Source: a virus
Direction: 5' to 3' (one strand)
DNA: 50,370 nucleotides
IMG/VR virus record: IMGVR_UViG_3300028842_000131
Location: 1 to 50,370 of that record
The first letter of the stretch is position 1; each line of letters begins with the position of its first letter. This document shows, piece by piece, positions 46,981 to 50,370 of the stretch. Under the pieces are notes generated by a model. That model did not search any database, was not told where the DNA came from, and was given only the letters and a program-made list of their open reading frames with translations. The translations under genes and the position numbers were made by a program.

Positions 46981-48036
46981 CTACTCCTTACTGCTGTCGG
47001 TGAACGTTGGAAGAAAACGACGGTGCCCCTTCGTGACGATCGTGTGCCGCTTCACCACCTCCTCGTAATTGCCTCCGTCGCGGAGCTCCTGGGCAACCTT
47101 CTCCCAGTCGGTCGTCGACGAGTCCTTCGTCCGCTTGTAGGTGATCGTCCCCCAGGTGCCGTACAGGCCGGTTCCCTCGCCGATCGCATTAGCGATCTTC
47201 GCTTTGAGGTCATCGTAAGCCTGGGTACGGGTGCCGGCGAGGTGGAGTTTCCGGAACTCGTAAATCCACCCGCGCTCCTGGTCCGTAGGTTCCCTCATGG
47301 GACCGACCGCCGGCATACCGTCCAGCCAGAGCCCGGCCGCCTGGGTCGCGGTGATCGGTGGCACCTCGTCGCCCACCATGTAGCGGTCCCACCAGTCGCG
47401 AGCTCGACCGTAGACGGCATCCCGAAGTCTCGGCGGAATGTCGAGGCGGAGATGTCGGAATTCGAGCACCGGACCCCCGAGGAGGACACCGTAGCCGGCC
47501 CAGTTCCGACCGGTCACGATTGCCTCCCAGACGTTCTGGAGGGCATACTCGTCCGGGACCTGGTCAGATCCGGATGGCCCCCATCTCCACACCTGCTTTG
47601 AGCCGGCCGTCTTGCCACTGTACAATCCATCGGTACCGATCAGGCCGTCGGGCGTCGCACACATCCACGGCTCCGGACCTGGAATAGTCCTGTCGAACCA
47701 CTCGACGGTGTGGCCGGTAGCACGCTCGTAGAGGGCAGCAACCCCTAGCTGAACGGCCGTTCCGATGGCGAGGTGGCCGGTCGATCCCGGCAGCTCCGGT
47801 GCCCGCTTCAGAAGACCCTTCTTCGACGCCCAGACGTCCCAGCCGCTCCTGTACTTCGACCTCCCCAGGATCGGGCCGATGTCGGAACCCGACAGGGTCC
47901 GGGACCGCATCTCGTCGTCGCGCCCGGTATCTGCGAGCAGGCTAGCTAACCCACCCGCAAGGCCGACCACTGGAGTAGGGATTGACTTACCAACGGGATC
48001 GGCATATATTCCGCTTGCGTCATTCACGTCGGGCAT
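46981..48036 (-). CDS. YqaJ / lambda Exo-like recombination exonuclease, about 351 aa (the ORF could extend to 48102)
   Basis: LSGSDIGPILGRSKYRSGWDVW and CATPDGLI motifs. The ATG at 48036 lies 6 nt after a -10-like TACCAT. Confidence 0.8.
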   Translation of the reverse strand: MPDVNDASGIYADPVGKSIPTPVVGLAGGLASLLADTGRDDEMRSRTLSGSDIGPILGRSKYRSGWDVWASKKGLLKRAPELPGSTGHLAIGTAVQLGVAALYERATGHTVEWFDRTIPGPEPWMCATPDGLIGTDGLYSGKTAGSKQVWRWGPSGSDQVPDEYALQNVWEAIVTGRNWAGYGVLLGGPVLEFRHLRLDIPPRLRDAVYGRARDWWDRYMVGDEVPPITATQAAGLWLDGMPAVGPMREPTDQERGWIYEFRKLHLAGTRTQAYDDLKAKIANAIGEGTGLYGTWGTITYKRTKDSSTTDWEKVAQELRDGGNYEEVVKRHTIVTKGHRRFLPTFTDSSKE

Positions 48037-48042
48037 AACACC

Positions 48043-48072
48043 ATGGTAGCCCGATACCGAGTTAGCAGTCAA
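48043..48072 (-). promoter_or_regulatory. Sigma70-like early promoter TTGACT-N18-TACCAT (leaderless exonuclease mRNA)
   Basis: Minus strand reads TTGACTgctaactcggtatcgggcTACCATggtgttATG. Confidence 0.45.
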
Positions 48073-48100
48073 GCGAAAAACAGACAGGAGATCGAGAAAC

Positions 48101-48370
48101 ATGGCGACCGCAGCCCCCCCACAGAAACCCGGACCCGACCGCAGCGACCTGCGCGGCCAGATCGGCGTTCGACTTCCCGAGGACCTCGAGATCGCGATCC
48201 TGAGGTTGCTCCAGAGCGAGAACTCGAAGCGGTTCTACCCGATGACCCTCAGCGACCTCACGAGGATCGCCCTCATCGAGTATGCCAACAACCGCGGCTT
48301 CAAGGTGGAGGACACCGAGCCGATCGGCCGGGACGCTCCGGTCCCGGCGAGGCGGCGCGGCCTTCGGTGA
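48101..48370 (+). CDS. Ribbon-helix-helix (CopG/Arc-like) DNA-binding protein, 89 aa; candidate excisionase or lysogeny regulator
   Basis: AGGAGA RBS. QIGVRLPEDLEIAILRL...LSDLTRIALIEY fits a strand-helix-helix pattern. The stop overlaps the integrase GTG. Confidence 0.75.
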   Translation: MATAAPPQKPGPDRSDLRGQIGVRLPEDLEIAILRLLQSENSKRFYPMTLSDLTRIALIEYANNRGFKVEDTEPIGRDAPVPARRRGLR

Positions 48371-49476
48371 CGTTCTCGTATCGGGACGGCGTTGCCCACT
48401 TCGACGTTCGCCCCCAGGGTCGGCGCGGACCCCGCCGACGCCTGACGATCGAGGCCCCCACGAGGGACGAGGCCGTCGCCAGGTACGAGGCATTCCAACG
48501 GTCGCTCCTTCTGGCGCCCCCACCCACCTCGGTCGCGGTCGCCGGCACGACGCCGCTCCTCCGGGACTACCTGGACGAGTACTGGAAGCGCCAGGCACTG
48601 AGGGTGTCGAAGAAGACCGCCGCCGCTGACGAGCCGCGCCTGGAGCGGATCAAGTCCGCCTCCATCGGCTCGCTGAGGCTCCACGAGGTCAACCAGGCCA
48701 CGGTGCGCGACTTCGCCGCCGCTCTGAAGGCGTCCGGACGTGCGCCGGCCACCATCAACAACTACCTGAGCCTCCTTCGGAAGGTCCTCCGCGACGCCCA
48801 CGAGCGGGAGATCCTGCCGGCCATGAAGATCAGCCGCTGGCCCCGAGAGGTCGAGCAGCCGCTCGAGCTCGAGCTCACGCCCGCCGAGCGGAAGCGCCTG
48901 ATCTGGGGAACCGGGCCCGACGCCCGCGATCGCTTCTTCGAGCTCGCCGGGCAGGAGTCCGGCTGGGGTCCGAAGGGGCTCGCCGGCTACTGGGACCGCT
49001 ACCTGGCCTGGTGCCGCTTCCTCCGGATCGCCCTCGAGACCGGCATCACCCTCGACGACCTCCGAACGCTCACCTGGGCCAGCATCGGCCCCCACGAGAT
49101 CCGCCTGAGGCGCTCCAAGACGAACGTCGAGGCCGTCATCCCCATCACAGCCCTGTGCCGGGAAGCCCTCGAGGCCTGCAGGGCCGCCGCCCTCCACCCG
49201 CGGCTGGTCTGCGTGACCCCCGACGGCGAGCCCTGGAGCCAGATCACCATCCGCCGCTACTGGGCAATGGCGAAGCGCCTGGCCAAGATCGGCCGCCGGC
49301 TCCGCTTCCACGACCTCCGCCACTCCCTGGGGTGCCGGCTGGCCGAGGCGGGCTGCAGCGACGCCGACATCGCGAAGGTCCTGGGCCACGCATCGACGAG
49401 GGCCACTGCCCGGTACCGCCGGGTGGGCCCCCAGTCGACGAAGCGGGTGGCCGAGGCGCTCGCTAGGACGGCCTGA
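48367..49476 (+). CDS. int: Tyrosine integrase, 369 aa
   Basis: N-terminal SAM-like domain (YLDEYWKRQA). Catalytic region LETGITLDDLRTLTW, HDLRHSLGCRLAEAG and LGHASTRATARY (R-H-R-Y). GTGA overlap with the upstream gene. The ORF-track N-terminal 108 aa are Arg/Pro junk. Confidence 0.92.
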   Translation: MTFSYRDGVAHFDVRPQGRRGPRRRLTIEAPTRDEAVARYEAFQRSLLLAPPPTSVAVAGTTPLLRDYLDEYWKRQALRVSKKTAAADEPRLERIKSASIGSLRLHEVNQATVRDFAAALKASGRAPATINNYLSLLRKVLRDAHEREILPAMKISRWPREVEQPLELELTPAERKRLIWGTGPDARDRFFELAGQESGWGPKGLAGYWDRYLAWCRFLRIALETGITLDDLRTLTWASIGPHEIRLRRSKTNVEAVIPITALCREALEACRAAALHPRLVCVTPDGEPWSQITIRRYWAMAKRLAKIGRRLRFHDLRHSLGCRLAEAGCSDADIAKVLGHASTRATARYRRVGPQSTKRVAEALARTA

Positions 49477-49897
49477 CGAGCCTGAGGCGCGCCGACGCCA
49501 CGGCTCGGGCCTCCGGGCTCATCTTCCGCCTGACGTAGAGCCGCAAGAGCTCCGCCACCTTCCCCAGGTCCCTCGGGCTGAACTTGACCGTGACCTCGTC
49601 GTCCCCTAACTGGTGGACCACGCCCAGGGCCATGAGCCTGGTCCTCACCGTGGACCTGGACCTGTCGGTGTAGGCGAGGAGGAGGTCCCCGCCGTAGGGC
49701 CACACCCTGCCGTAGGGGCCCCTGAGTTCCAGGTTCCAGGGGTCGACGGGGCTTCCGGGGACGTGATCCTCCGACGGGAACACCCGGAACCGGTCTCCGG
49801 CGATCTCGCGGAGGTCCAGGCATCCAGGCTGACCCGCCCTCGAGACGAGCACAGCGGGCAAGGAGGCGCGATCGTGGGTCGGTGAAGGGGTAGGCAA
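49463..49897 (-). CDS. Hypothetical protein, 144 aa, between int and attP
   Basis: TTG start with an AAGGAG RBS 7 nt upstream. Protein-like composition. Converges on int with a 14-nt overlap. Confidence 0.65.
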   Translation of the reverse strand: MPTPSPTHDRASLPAVLVSRAGQPGCLDLREIAGDRFRVFPSEDHVPGSPVDPWNLELRGPYGRVWPYGGDLLLAYTDRSRSTVRTRLMALGVVHQLGDDEVTVKFSPRDLGKVAELLRLYVRRKMSPEARAVASARLRLVRPS

Positions 49898-50012
49898 GGG
49901 GTCACTCCTTTCGTGGCGTTTTAGGGCCGTTTAAGTGGCTTCCTACCGAGCGAGCGACCTAGCGTGCCACCAGAGTACCACGGTCGGCTACCAGGGCTCG
50001 CGCGCGGTAGAA

Positions 50013-50094
50013 TAGGAACAGGAATAGGACATGGGCCTAGTCCCAGTCCTTGTCCTAGTTGTAGACGAAGAAGATATAAGAAAGGCACTTATAT
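50013..50094. promoter_or_regulatory. Lower-GC attP arm region with inverted repeats
   Basis: An imperfect inverted repeat, TAGGAACAGGAATAGGAC / GTCCCAGTCCTTGTCCTA (14 of 18 matched), lies at 50013-50057. A perfect 7-bp inverted repeat, ATATAAG-N7-CTTATAT, lies at 50074-50094 in the most AT-rich stretch of the window. Confidence 0.45.
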
Positions 50095-50229
50095 ACTTAT
50101 TGCGCAGAGCTACGCGAAAACGCCTCGAAGCTGCAGCGAACGGCGTCTCAAGCAAGCATCGTGCCAACACACTTACGGGCGAGCGGCGGCGCCCCCAGGC
50201 GCAAGCCGCGCAGCCCCAAAGTGCTTGTG

Positions 50230-50370
50230 GGCTAGCTAGATGACCGTCCACGAACGTCCACGCTCGGCGCGCCTCCGGGCCACGTAAGTGGTTGTGGCGG
50301 CAGCTCCCCAGGTTAGAGCGCAGGCCTGTCACGCCTGAGGTCGCGGGTTCGAGCCCCGTCGGCCCCGCCA
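50230..50370. repeat. Terminal direct repeat copy 2 (identical to 1..141)
   Basis: See copy 1. Confidence 0.95.

Noticed and set aside
48043-48366. N-terminal 108 aa of integrase ORF 48043..49476
   Set aside because: It overlaps the RHH gene in another frame and is Arg/Pro-rich. The GTG at 48367 is coupled to the RHH stop.
49964-50332. ORFs 49964..50239(+), 50031..50243(+) and 49988..50332(-) in the attP arm
   Set aside because: They have no RBS, junk-like composition and run into the tRNA-like core. The region is better explained as recombination-site DNA.

Overview
The window is a complete, circularly closed temperate phage genome. It has high GC, 50,229 bp of unique sequence, and a long non-contractile (siphovirus-type) tail. 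The first 141 nt are repeated exactly as the last 141 nt, which is an assembly overlap.

Layout:
- **(i) attP, 1-295 plus 49.9-50.4 kb.** The core is a tRNA-Asp(GUC)-like pseudo-tRNA flanked by CGTCCAC arm repeats. It lies downstream of an RHH regulator + tyrosine integrase operon (48.1-49.5 kb, + strand).
- **(ii) att-proximal operon, 290-1469, minus strand.** Three genes of unknown function, behind a 460-bp non-coding region that carries four 22-bp-phased iterons.
- **(iii) Leftward accessory operon, 1932-4256, minus strand.**
- **(iv) Non-coding control region, 4257-4889.** About 630 bp, rich in palindromes, with divergent sigma70-like promoters.
- **(v) Rightward operon, 4.9-13.3 kb.** About 20 mostly small, translationally coupled genes: a DUF2786-like protein, a UvrD-like SF1 helicase, a promoter-equipped small serine recombinase and an Ea22-like protein.
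- **(vi) Late operon, 37.5 to 13.4 kb, minus strand.** It is bounded by two canonical intrinsic terminators. Gene order:
  - TerS, TerL and a Mu gp29-like portal.
  - Protease/scaffold, decoration protein and major capsid.
  - A secreted moron, then a tRNA-like cluster.
  - A six-gene lysis cassette with spanins.
  - A neck-domain/fibre fusion, then head-tail joining genes.
  - Tail tube, G/GT chaperones with an A_AAA_AAC slippery site, and a 1424-aa tape measure.
  - Tip proteins and a J-like host-specificity protein.
- **(vii) Early/replication operon, 48.0 to 37.6 kb, minus strand.** It contains:
  - A YqaJ-like exonuclease, a Sak4-like ATPase and a DUF669-like protein.
  - A replisome organizer, RusA, a metallophosphoesterase and DnaB.
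  - A zinc-finger candidate late regulator.

No CRISPR array, reverse transcriptase or known defence system was recognised.

The less ordinary items:
- The iteron/att-proximal module.
- The ORF-free control region with recurring TAGGCGCC motifs.
- The tRNA-like cluster, including a 3'-half / 5'-half arrangement.
- An RBS-sequestering alternative hairpin upstream of the holin gene.
- The neck-fibre fusion.
- The TerS/TerL frame conflict.
- The orphan serine recombinase.

All family names come from motif recognition by eye. No database search was run.
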